DNA of 64,000 bases, from assembly GCA_022844165.1 (NCBI GenBank), contig JALHMH010000006.1:64001-128000 (forward strand), written 5' to 3'. The notes under the pieces are model-generated. The model worked only from the letters and a program-made list of their open reading frames with translations, did no database searches and had not been told where the DNA came from. Source of the stretch: Lysobacterales bacterium. Its GTDB lineage: Bacteria > Pseudomonadota > Gammaproteobacteria > Xanthomonadales > SZUA-5. Below, piece after piece: positions 18,942-28,039 of the stretch; within the stretch, counting starts at the first letter, position 1, and each line of letters opens with the position of its first letter. A program made the position numbers and the translations under genes.

Positions 18942-21014
18942 TCAGGCTGCGCCATGCAGCGACTCGCACATGGAATTGTCGAGATCCGCAAGAAATTCCG
19001 AAGCCGGTCGAACACTGGTCACCAACAAGCGCTCTCGGGCACGTGTGCTGGCGACATACAACAAGTGTCGCTCAGTGGCATAGACATTCGCCAAATCGGC
19101 CTCATCGCTGATGGCCTCGATGCGGGATTGCAGCGGAACGATCTCATCATCGCAAGCCATCACGGCAACAGCGCGGAACTCCAGACCCTTCGCCAGGTGC
19201 ATCGCACCGATCGAGATAGCACCCACTGACGTATCGGCATGCTCGTCAAGTAGCTTGAATTGCAACCCTGCCGTTGTGGCAGCGGCTTTAGCACGCTCAA
19301 GTTGCTCGAAGGAACGAACGAAAAGCGCTATTTCATGGAGCGAAATTAGCTCTCCAGCGCGTGCACATAGCCACTGCGCAACATGCGCTATCTCCTGGGC
19401 TTCGCTATCGAAGCACCGAATGATTGGCGCGGGCCCGTTAAACACCGAGATAGTGCCGCGGCGGCTATCGGTATTGCCGTCGACATCGGAAATTTCCTCG
19501 TCAAGCAGACGATCGGCCTGGATTCGAATTTGGTGGGACGTGCGGTAATTCACCTTCAGCGTACGCGAGCGACCGCGCACATCGACACCCAGTGTGGCCC
19601 AAGAAAAAGGCGTCTGGAAGATCCGCTGCCCCAAATCGCCGGCGAAGAACAGCCCATTCGCGTGATCGCCCGATAAGGCCGCAAGGAAGCGCAACTGCGC
19701 GACGCTAATGTCCTGCGCCTCGTCGATTACCGCATGCTGATAAGGTCGATTCGCTTGCTGCTGTTCGGCAAGCCGGTGGAACATTGCCGCCCGCGTCATC
19801 AACTGAGCCGTTTCAAGCGCTTGCCAGACGCGCTCGAACACCTGCCACAACGCGGCACGCTGCGCCTCGTTGAGCCGCGTCTTGCGTCCCAAACGCTTGA
19901 CGTCGCGATAGGCTTCCCAAGTGCGCAACTGCCAGGCGTCGACGATCTCCTGCCACTCCTGGCGCACGAACGCGACATTGAATCGAAGATTCTCGCCGCG
20001 CGTCGCGCCTGCGAGCATTTGCGCAACGTCTGCGTCGCTCGCCAAAGAGCCGCGCTTGCCGAAGAGCCGCTCGCCGAGAGCGTCCATAGCGTACACATCG
20101 ATGCGCTCGCCGAGCCTGGGCTGAGCTTTGATGAGCTTGCGCAAACGATTGTGCAGCGCGTTGGCGAGCGTTTCCGAGAAGGTCGCCAGCAGCACACGCG
20201 CATCGGGGTCGCGGCGCGCCAGAAACACCGCGCGATGCAGCGCGACGATGGTTTTTCCAGTGCCGGCTGACCCGGTGACGCGAGCGGGCCCTGAGTAGTC
20301 GCGTTCGACGATCTGCGTCTGCGCGGGATGCAGGAACACGAGCCACTTGTCCCACGGATATTCGAGCGCTTGCGCCAGCGCATCCACATCATTCACCACG
20401 CGGAAGCGTCGCTGTGCGTCCGGATGCGCAAACGGATCGCCGTGCCGCGTTGGCGATGGGGTTGGCGTTCCACCCGTTGCCAGCGTCAACAGCGCTTCGG
20501 ACGCCTCTGCGGGTAGCCTGCCTGCCAGTTCCAGCAAGCCGTCCTCGTTGGCAGCCTTGATCGCGCGCAGCCAGTCTGGCGGAACGCCGAACGACAGCAG
20601 ATCGCCATCGGCGACGTTCGCGAGCGGCGGCGGCGATGGCTCGGGGTAAGCGAACGAAGCCCTCGCGGTGGCGACCTCACGCACCGTCTCGCGAATCTCC
20701 ACCCATTGCGCCGCGCCTGTCGTCGGATGCGTCTCCAGCTTTCGTCGCTCCGCCCACGCGTACGCCTTGTCGTGGTGGTCGACGAAACACAGCAGCAAAC
20801 TCCCTGCCGTGCGATGCACGATCAGCCGCACATCCGCATTGACGCGCACCGACCAGAAATTCGCATCGCGCGCGCGATCGAGCTTATGAAAACTGTGCCC
20901 CGGATTCGCCGGATTCAACTGCAGATCGAATGCGGTCGTCTTCACCGCCTTTTGCTCGTCGCCCGTGAGGCGCGCAAGACTGTCGGTGAAGCTGTCGGCG
21001 ATGCGGAAGTTCAT
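18942..21014 (-). CDS. UvrD/Rep-family SF1 helicase with small N-terminal domain
   Basis: GSAGTGKT, VIDEAQD, GDLGQRIF, NYRT, AKGLEF and LYVASTRA motifs. Confidence 0.9.
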   Translation of the reverse strand: MNFRIADSFTDSLARLTGDEQKAVKTTAFDLQLNPANPGHSFHKLDRARDANFWSVRVNADVRLIVHRTAGSLLLCFVDHHDKAYAWAERRKLETHPTTGAAQWVEIRETVREVATARASFAYPEPSPPPLANVADGDLLSFGVPPDWLRAIKAANEDGLLELAGRLPAEASEALLTLATGGTPTPSPTRHGDPFAHPDAQRRFRVVNDVDALAQALEYPWDKWLVFLHPAQTQIVERDYSGPARVTGSAGTGKTIVALHRAVFLARRDPDARVLLATFSETLANALHNRLRKLIKAQPRLGERIDVYAMDALGERLFGKRGSLASDADVAQMLAGATRGENLRFNVAFVRQEWQEIVDAWQLRTWEAYRDVKRLGRKTRLNEAQRAALWQVFERVWQALETAQLMTRAAMFHRLAEQQQANRPYQHAVIDEAQDISVAQLRFLAALSGDHANGLFFAGDLGQRIFQTPFSWATLGVDVRGRSRTLKVNYRTSHQIRIQADRLLDEEISDVDGNTDSRRGTISVFNGPAPIIRCFDSEAQEIAHVAQWLCARAGELISLHEIALFVRSFEQLERAKAAATTAGLQFKLLDEHADTSVGAISIGAMHLAKGLEFRAVAVMACDDEIVPLQSRIEAISDEADLANVYATERHLLYVASTRARERLLVTSVRPASEFLADLDNSMCESLHGAA

Positions 21015-21430
21015 GGCGCGGGGACAAGTCGCGCACCATTGGCGATGACCATTGCGATCCGTTTCCGATCCGCCTTTTCGCGCTCAGGATCCGCAGAAAC
21101 CGGCCAGCCCACAATATTGGCGTGGCGTGGCGGCGGCTCAACTGGCGCCACGACTAGCCCAGCTTGGGAAACGTTGCCGACAGTTGTAACGGCAACCCGT
21201 TTGACCGCCTTTCCGCGATCCTTTGCTATGGCTTCACACGTTGCCTGCAGGAGACCTAGGTCGGCGTCGCACTGCCGGAAAACCGATGTTTCGTTGTTCT
21301 TCGCTGGCATAAACGCCGAGTGCTTTGGTCCGGATGTATTGAACTCGTTGTCGGAGAACAGCGCCCGCGATAGCGTCTCGTCAGGCGCGGGAATTGAGCT
21401 GAGACCCGATGAGAGCACCCCGCTTTCCAT
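21011..21430 (-). CDS. Hypothetical protein (third gene of the TIGR04255-like module); start uncertain
   Basis: ORF coupled to the helicase by an ATGA overlap; motifs AFMP..ETSVFR..HANIVGWP. Confidence 0.6.
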   Translation of the reverse strand: MESGVLSSGLSSIPAPDETLSRALFSDNEFNTSGPKHSAFMPAKNNETSVFRQCDADLGLLQATCEAIAKDRGKAVKRVAVTTVGNVSQAGLVVAPVEPPPRHANIVGWPVSADPEREKADRKRIAMVIANGARLVPAP

Positions 21431-21932
21431 ACACTTCCTCAATTTCGTTCAACAAACGGTTCGGCCAACGACCATTTCGGAACAGCTCAACACCACTACC
21501 GCTGCACGCGCCGTTGAGCCACGCGAAAGCCAATCGCTCGGTGCCGTTGGCGCTGACACTCAAGTGGCCCGAACCGCAGAACCAATCTAGTGCAATGGCC
21601 CCATCGTTTTCAGCTGTAAGGTCTGGCAATGGCACATCTGCAGGCAGTGCACGGATCAACTCTAGCGCTAAGTGCGCTGCAGCGATCGACATTGGACTTG
21701 CATCGTAGCCATCCCAACCTTCTTCCGAGCAGTCGTTGTACAAGCGCCATAGACGATCGATCAAACTTGCTCGGGGACCGAACAACGCCACGGAACTCTC
21801 GCTGTGCGAGCGGCTTTCCGCCAACGCATTCCGCAACGTTTCTGCCTCCTGCGTCGTCCCGCTATCGTCTAGCGTCAGCGCCGAAACTGCGAAGCAGGCT
21901 GAAAATGCCGTCAATTGAACAGTGCGAGACAT
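21381..21932 (-). CDS. Hypothetical protein
   Basis: Overlaps both neighbours; EGWDGYDA.P...P.L....DG.I.LDW motif. Confidence 0.65.
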   Translation of the reverse strand: MSRTVQLTAFSACFAVSALTLDDSGTTQEAETLRNALAESRSHSESSVALFGPRASLIDRLWRLYNDCSEEGWDGYDASPMSIAAAHLALELIRALPADVPLPDLTAENDGAIALDWFCGSGHLSVSANGTERLAFAWLNGACSGSGVELFRNGRWPNRLLNEIEEVYGKRGALIGSQLNSRA

Positions 21933-22660
21933 TCATCCCCCAAGGACTTAAAGAATGCGCGGTTTTTTGTCGCACGCAGAGTTGCAAGATAAGTGGCCAG
22001 CGCCAAGTCTCTCGGCGCACAATCGCAGTGCACCAAAGATTCGATGTCAAGTATGACGGGTAAGTGGTATCGAGTCGGTGGGCGAGACGCCACCGAAAGC
22101 ACCACTTGAACTCCAGTGCCTCGTTCCATCATGACGGTTCGGCTGCTGAAATCAGTGAAATCGAACTCGTTCTCGTCGGGCGCACGAGGGCCCACCTTTA
22201 GATAGTTGTCGAGATCTACTTTTCCGTCTGTCAGCGGAATCTCGATCTTGTTGATGAAACGCATCCTCACTGACCGCACACGCTCCGGATCGACGATCTC
22301 GCTGAACTGACCCCAGCGAGTCTCGACTTCAAGCTGGTACTGGTCAAAATCGGCATACGGAGCAAGACGATTGAAGGAAAACCCTTGCCGTCGCGCCTGA
22401 ATCAATTGCTTCTCGTCGCTCTGATAGAACATCAAAGACTCAAGCCCAGCGCTCGAACTGACCGTTCCAGGAACGCCCGCGCGCTTGTGAAGCCGAAGCG
22501 CGTCGAATTCCCGTTCTTTGACCACAGGGTAGCTCTCCAAGTAAGCCTGCGCCAAGCGCTCGCGCACGTTGCCAAGAACGAATCCAGGTCGCATTTCGAC
22601 ATCGATATCGACGACTGCTTCAACGATCGGTGCCTTTGCCAGTGCTGGAAACACATCCAT
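21911..22660 (-). CDS. TIGR04255-like family protein
   Basis: FPALAKAPIVEAVVDI N-terminus, MRFINKI, ILDI and KNRAFFKSL, recalled as typical of TIGR04255. Confidence 0.7.
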   Translation of the reverse strand: MDVFPALAKAPIVEAVVDIDVEMRPGFVLGNVRERLAQAYLESYPVVKEREFDALRLHKRAGVPGTVSSSAGLESLMFYQSDEKQLIQARRQGFSFNRLAPYADFDQYQLEVETRWGQFSEIVDPERVRSVRMRFINKIEIPLTDGKVDLDNYLKVGPRAPDENEFDFTDFSSRTVMMERGTGVQVVLSVASRPPTRYHLPVILDIESLVHCDCAPRDLALATYLATLRATKNRAFFKSLGDECLALFN

Positions 22661-22715
22661 GTCTGAAAATCCTCAATCAAGCCACTTAGACTTTTCTGGA
22701 ACCCGATAGTTCGAC

Positions 22716-25559
22716 CTACTCGACCCTAAACACCTTCATCACCTCATCCCCCAGGTGATTGATGACTTTGACCGCGATGCGGCCGGTGGTGGGTTTGTCG
22801 AAAGGCCGTGAGATGGCGCTGTTGAGGGTGGCCCAGGCTTCTTCGTTGATCTCGGCCTTGAGTGTGGTTTTCAAGGCTTTGTACGGGTCGCCAGCGCCTA
22901 AGAAATAGGCGTGGCGGACGAAGAAGCTTTCTTCGTTGTAGTCGGTGTCGATGAACCAGCAGGCGATGCCGTCGGGGCCATCGGAGCGGACTTCGCCGGT
23001 GCTGGGGTGGAAAACATCGACGCCGTGGATCTGGACGCGGATTTGCGGCGCAGCATCCAGGATTTCGATATCGGGCTCGCCGAAGATCACGAACAAATTG
23101 CCCTTGCCGGTGTTCTTCAAATCCTCGGCCATGTGCAGATCGGCGTTCATGCGCGCTTTGAGCACCGGGATGCGGCCGAGTTTGCTGAAGTCGCTGCTAT
23201 GCGCGTCGAAGCTGAAGGCGCAGGCGATCAGCACATCGAAGCCGGCATCGCCGGCTTCGCGCGCAGCGGCGACGAGATCGGGGCGGGCAACGGTGCCGAA
23301 CTCGGGGCCGATGAACACCGCCGCGCGGCGCTCAATGGATTTGATGGCGCGCGTATCGCCCTGGCCTTCCATCAGCAATTCTGGATACCGCCCCTCGGCG
23401 CAGATCAGATCGCCGGGCCACGGCACCAACGTTGTGAAATTGATCTTGCCGTCCTTGTGGGCCTGCTGCACGCCTGCGCTGCGCAAGGTGTCGAGCATCA
23501 GCGCAGTGAAGTCGCGTTCCTCAGCGCCGTACTTCGGTGTGTCCTCGCCGACACCGATCAGTTGATCGTCCGCATCGACCGGGAGCACGCGGTGCGGCGA
23601 GAGGCTTTCGACCGTAAACGGCCCAGCGACACGAACCTTTTTTTTGTCCTCATAAGGCTTGTCATACAGGTACTCGAACTCGGCCTTGGCCGCGATGGAG
23701 GCATCAATCTCGCGCTGGCGTTGGATGCGTGCGGCCCACCATTCCGAGTGCAGCTTCTTGGCGTCTTGAGAAACACGCGGCGGCTTGCGATCAAGCGCTT
23801 CGTCAAGATCGCGCGGCACCTCCCACTCTCGCCACGCGGTCTCTAGTTGCTGATTCAGCGCCTCGCGCAACGGTTCGAGTTTTTCTTGCCAACGCTCCCA
23901 AATCACATCGATCTCGGCATTGTTGGCGATCGACTTCAACGTGATATGCGGCACGCGCTCGTAGACAAAGCCTTGGCGCACATTGCCACGCGTCGCGGCG
24001 CTACTCGGCGCGCTGCGCGTGACCTCGGCTTCCTTGAGTTGCCCATCGCGACTGTCGGCGAGCAGGTAAAACGGATAGCGCGCGCCCATGATTCGCGCGC
24101 GGGCCAGTGCCAAAGCTACTCGCGAGGTATCGATGGTGATCCAGCGGCGGCCCCATTGTTCGGCGACATGTGCTGTTGTTCCGGATCCGCAGGTGGGGTC
24201 GAGGACGAGGTCGCCGGGATCGGTGCTCATCAATAGGCAGCGCTCTATGACCTTTGCGTTTGTTTGAACGACGTAGACCTTCTCATCGGTGAACGCACCG
24301 GTCTGAGTATCCGTCCATACATTGCTGAACTTCGATACCGCGAAGTCTGCTAGGAATCGAACATATTGAACCGAGTTTGAAGTTGGACTGGCTATTCTGT
24401 CGCTCTTCAAGAGGCGTGTCATTCCAAGTTCGCTAGTCTTCCAGTAACCCCGTCCTGGCCGAAAATAGCGACCCTGATACTCGACACGGAAGGCTGACTT
24501 TTCGCTGCCGCTCTGGGATGTAAGGTTGTCATTTCGATAGATGGCTGCGTCCTGAGGGATCAACGAAGGATCGGAGCGCTCAGGCGCGGACATTGGTCGG
24601 CGGTTGAAGGGGCTCAACTCGACTCGCCGATAGCGACCTCCGACATCTTCAGTCAGCCCCTTGGATTTGAAAAGTCCTCGATACTTGAGCCGCTCTATTG
24701 AACGCGAGTACCAGAGCAAATAATTGCATGACGAGTCAAGAAACTGATCACCGAGGCCTGTCGTGGTTCTAAAGGAGATCTGCGAAACAAAGTTCTCCTC
24801 CCCAAACACCTCATCCATTACCGCCCGCACGCGGTGCACGTTCTCGTCGCCGATCTGCACGAAGATCGAGCCCGACTCGGTCAGCAACTCGCGCGCGACG
24901 GTGAGCCGATCGCGCAGATACGTCAGGTACGAGTGGATGCCGTCACGCCAGGTGTCTCGGAAGGCTTTGACTTGTTCTGGCTCGCGGGTGATGTGGTCAC
25001 TGCTGCCGTCTTTGACGTCGCGGCTGGTGGTCGACCACTGGAAGTTCGAGTTGAATTTGATGCCGTAGGGCGGATCGAAATAGATGCACTGCACTTGCCC
25101 GCGCAAACCTTCGCGCTCGGCCAGACTCGTCATCACCTGCAGCGAGTCGCCCAGGATCATGCGATTGGCCCAATGGCCATCGTGCTGGTAGAACTCGGTT
25201 TTGGCCTCGGATGACGGCAGGCCGTTGAAGTCGGCAAAAAGATCGGCCTGCCCGGCTGCGGGTTTGGCGGCCCGGCGGCGCAGCTCGTCGATCAACACTT
25301 TGGGATGCACTTTTTCCTGGATGTACAACGGCGGGGCGTGCACCACCAGGTCCGACCAGTCCTGCTGGTCCTTGCCGCGCCAGACCAATTGCGGATCCAG
25401 ATCCTTATTGCGCCGCGCATACGCCGTCCGCACCGGCGCGGCCTCGTCCTTGCGCAACACCGATTGATATTCCGCCGTCGGGATGTTCTTGCGCGTTGCC
25501 TCGTCGTGGGTGAGCGTTTCTACGCTGACTGGCGTCGGTTGCGCTGACTTTCTGGCCAT
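22716..25559 (-). CDS. Site-specific DNA amino-methyltransferase (type III Mod-like, beta class)
   Basis: Catalytic DPPY motif precedes a variable region and the VLDPTCGSGTT SAM-binding motif. Confidence 0.9.
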   Translation of the reverse strand: MARKSAQPTPVSVETLTHDEATRKNIPTAEYQSVLRKDEAAPVRTAYARRNKDLDPQLVWRGKDQQDWSDLVVHAPPLYIQEKVHPKVLIDELRRRAAKPAAGQADLFADFNGLPSSEAKTEFYQHDGHWANRMILGDSLQVMTSLAEREGLRGQVQCIYFDPPYGIKFNSNFQWSTTSRDVKDGSSDHITREPEQVKAFRDTWRDGIHSYLTYLRDRLTVARELLTESGSIFVQIGDENVHRVRAVMDEVFGEENFVSQISFRTTTGLGDQFLDSSCNYLLWYSRSIERLKYRGLFKSKGLTEDVGGRYRRVELSPFNRRPMSAPERSDPSLIPQDAAIYRNDNLTSQSGSEKSAFRVEYQGRYFRPGRGYWKTSELGMTRLLKSDRIASPTSNSVQYVRFLADFAVSKFSNVWTDTQTGAFTDEKVYVVQTNAKVIERCLLMSTDPGDLVLDPTCGSGTTAHVAEQWGRRWITIDTSRVALALARARIMGARYPFYLLADSRDGQLKEAEVTRSAPSSAATRGNVRQGFVYERVPHITLKSIANNAEIDVIWERWQEKLEPLREALNQQLETAWREWEVPRDLDEALDRKPPRVSQDAKKLHSEWWAARIQRQREIDASIAAKAEFEYLYDKPYEDKKKVRVAGPFTVESLSPHRVLPVDADDQLIGVGEDTPKYGAEERDFTALMLDTLRSAGVQQAHKDGKINFTTLVPWPGDLICAEGRYPELLMEGQGDTRAIKSIERRAAVFIGPEFGTVARPDLVAAAREAGDAGFDVLIACAFSFDAHSSDFSKLGRIPVLKARMNADLHMAEDLKNTGKGNLFVIFGEPDIEILDAAPQIRVQIHGVDVFHPSTGEVRSDGPDGIACWFIDTDYNEESFFVRHAYFLGAGDPYKALKTTLKAEINEEAWATLNSAISRPFDKPTTGRIAVKVINHLGDEVMKVFRVE

Positions 25560-25655
25560 GGCCTCAGCCGTCCCTTGATATGGCAACGAAGCGTGGCGAC
25601 GCTTGAAACCTTCGGGATCTGATCTGACAGGTGTGAACGGGATCGATGGCCATGC

Positions 25656-26498
25656 TTACTGCTCCAACGCGTCGGGTTTCTTGAGGGACTTGCGCTCATC
25701 GGCTGCCAGTCGGCGCTCCACCTTTTTGACGTCCTCGGCCGCTGGCAATTCTTCGGGGCGAATTCCGCGCTCAAGCAGCGTCTTGCGCACAGCGGCGTTG
25801 TTGGTGACGTGTTCTCTGGATATGGCGGGCTCACTTTTGAGCTGGTGCGCTCGCGAGTTGAAGATCGTGATTTCGGTCGCGAAGTCCTTAGCCTTGAGAA
25901 TGATCGTCGGCGCGAAGTCCGCCAGCGGCCGACTGTCAGGAACCTTCCACTGCGCCTTCATGGCTTGAGTGGATCGACCGAACAACGCATGGTCTCCCTT
26001 GCTGCGAATTAGGGCAAAATCATTGCTGCCACCTGCCTGCTCAAAAATCACATCCGATAGCTCGCGTTCTGTGTCGCTCAATTTCTTGCGCGCTTGCACG
26101 CGTTCGATGTCCAACAGGCGCTGCTCGATGAGTTCCGCGCGTCTGGTTTGCAGGGCAAAGTAGGTCTGCGCAAAGGCAATCTCCGGCTTGCGCGGATCGC
26201 CGTTTTGGGCAATTAAGTAGCACGCGTAGCGAGTGAGCATGAGATCGTCGATCTCGCGCTGACTGCCTGAGCCCAGATCGACCATTTTGTTGACGTCAAC
26301 AAAATGGTCCGCGACTCGATGCTCCGAGACTTCGCACGCCGTTCGCGCTTTCGAGACGACCGACAGGAAATTGCGCCATTCCGAATAGCCGAGAAGGAAC
26401 TGCAGGTCGCGCGCCAGCCAATACTCGATACCACCATCGGTTTGTTGGGCATGCGCTTCAAAGTTCATCGTCAGCGACTGAACCACATCGGATTTCAT
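25656..26498 (-). CDS. dinD: DNA damage-inducible protein D (BRO-N domain)
   Basis: EYWLARDLQ.LLGY..WRNF, LTRYACYLIAQNGDPRK, AQTYFA and LADF.PT motifs. Confidence 0.85.
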   Translation of the reverse strand: MKSDVVQSLTMNFEAHAQQTDGGIEYWLARDLQFLLGYSEWRNFLSVVSKARTACEVSEHRVADHFVDVNKMVDLGSGSQREIDDLMLTRYACYLIAQNGDPRKPEIAFAQTYFALQTRRAELIEQRLLDIERVQARKKLSDTERELSDVIFEQAGGSNDFALIRSKGDHALFGRSTQAMKAQWKVPDSRPLADFAPTIILKAKDFATEITIFNSRAHQLKSEPAISREHVTNNAAVRKTLLERGIRPEELPAAEDVKKVERRLAADERKSLKKPDALEQ

Positions 26499-27805
26499 CT
26501 GATCCCCTGCTGGTTGGCAACATCCAGGCTACCGGCTTTCGCGAGCATCTGATCGAACGCTGCGCCGACCTTCTTCGCAAAGTCGTCCTGCATCTCGTAC
26601 ACATCGCAGAACTCGGCAAAGGCCCAGCGGCCGAACGAGCTTAGGTTGTTGACGCCTGGCACCCAGTAGACATCCATGGTGTTCTTTTTGTCTTTGGCGT
26701 CTTCGCGCCGGTAGCCCTTGATTTCGACAATCAGATGCAGCGGGTTTTGCGGTCCTCTGCCATCGTCGATCAGTACGATGAAATCGGGGCGGTAGTGGCG
26801 AGTTTCCGAGCCGTAGCGATAGGGCACTTCAAGCCCAAGACCATGATTCTTCACGTACGCAATGACGCGTGGATGCGCTTCGGCGACGCGACAGAATTCG
26901 GCCTCCCAATCGCTCTCTAAGATCACCCAGTTGACGTGGCAGCGTCGCGCATCCGTCTGGTAGCGCTCCTCTCGTGACGTGGTGAAGTTGACATGCAGCG
27001 TGGAACCCACCGGATTGAAGGCATCGAGAACGGCCCGGATCGGTCGCTTGCCCACCTGGGCGCGCGTAATGCCTGCGTTGATGCGCTCGCAGGCCATATC
27101 GGCCAGCATCTTGTACTTCAACTGTGCTGGAAATGTGCCGCCTTTACAGACCAGGTGGTGATCAAGCCACTGGCGACAAATGCGCTTGAGCTGGCCGAAT
27201 AGATGCAATTGCGGATGACCGTCGCCATCGCGCCAGCGGGTGAGCAGCAGATGCGATGTCAGCTCATAAACAACTTGCGAAGGCCGGATTTGACCCGTGT
27301 GGCGAAGGGTGAGGTCCACCGGCTCGCCGATGATTCCGGCGTTTTGCGTTTGCGTCGCGCCTATCAGGTCAGGTGTCAATTCCAGTGTGGCATCGCTATC
27401 GAATGTTGCGGTCAGCGCATCGGCCGGCAAGTCGGTGCGATAGCCGGCGACCCGCGGAAAGCGAATCTCCAAATGATCGCGCTCGGGGCGCACCGCTTTG
27501 ACCTGCACAGTTTGCCTCGGCGGCTGTGGCGGGGCGATGACTGGTTTGGCGGTGAAATCGAAGGGGATACCCAGAACATCGGCGTACTCGACGTGTCCTT
27601 CGTCGAACGCCAGTTCAGCTTGCTCGCCACCGCGCTTCTTTGGCTTCGGGATCGGTGTGATGAACTCGGCCCGACGACGCAATTCCACTATCCTATGCGT
27701 GGGTTGACCTTCCGCGTCCAACTCCCAATGCCTCGACGGATGGTCGTAGGGCGAGTTGAGGATCGGTCGACTGAAGAATGGGTGAGTCTCTTGCTCGATG
27801 TCCAA
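26495..27805 (-). pseudogene. Type III Res-like restriction subunit with in-frame internal deletion of the helicase core
   Basis: N-terminus PILNSPY..P.RHW joins directly to EYADVLGIPFDF and a C-terminal YRPDFIV...EIKG nuclease; no Walker A/DEAH motifs. Start taken as the TTG after a GGAG. Confidence 0.7.
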
Positions 27806-28039
27806 AGCAACTCCGCCAAGCGCATTTCGTTCTGATATAGATGGACATCGGGCTGAGACGCAAGCACATTGCAACAATGCAGGTGAGCTGCGCCCGCCGG
27901 ATAAGCCCTCTGGTCTCAGCTTCGGTACACGGGAACTTTTGGCTCATCTCGCCGTTTCGGCGTTGCCTGGCAATGTTGAACTTTCAGGCTGCGCCATGCA
28001 GCATCCGCCGCCGACCTTGACTTGAGAACCGCGCCACCG

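Larger units (their letters stand above)
18934..28002. mobile_element. 9-kb defence/RM cassette bounded by a 27-bp direct repeat
   Basis: TTGAACTTTCAGGCTGCGCCATGCAGC occurs at 18934-18960 and 27976-28002; all enclosed genes are accessory and co-oriented; no integrase inside. Confidence 0.7.

Noticed and set aside
18942-21014. Helicase as a seventh member of the retron-PARP operon
   Set aside because: It lies inside the direct-repeat-bounded cassette, and a candidate -10 (TAGACT, 18910-18905) plus GGAG sit between it and the ARH gene. Read-through is not excluded.
27693-27947. Short ORF starting MSQKFPCTEAETRGLIRRAQL, faintly like a type I HsdR N-terminus
   Set aside because: Similarity covers only ~12 residues; too weak to call without a search.
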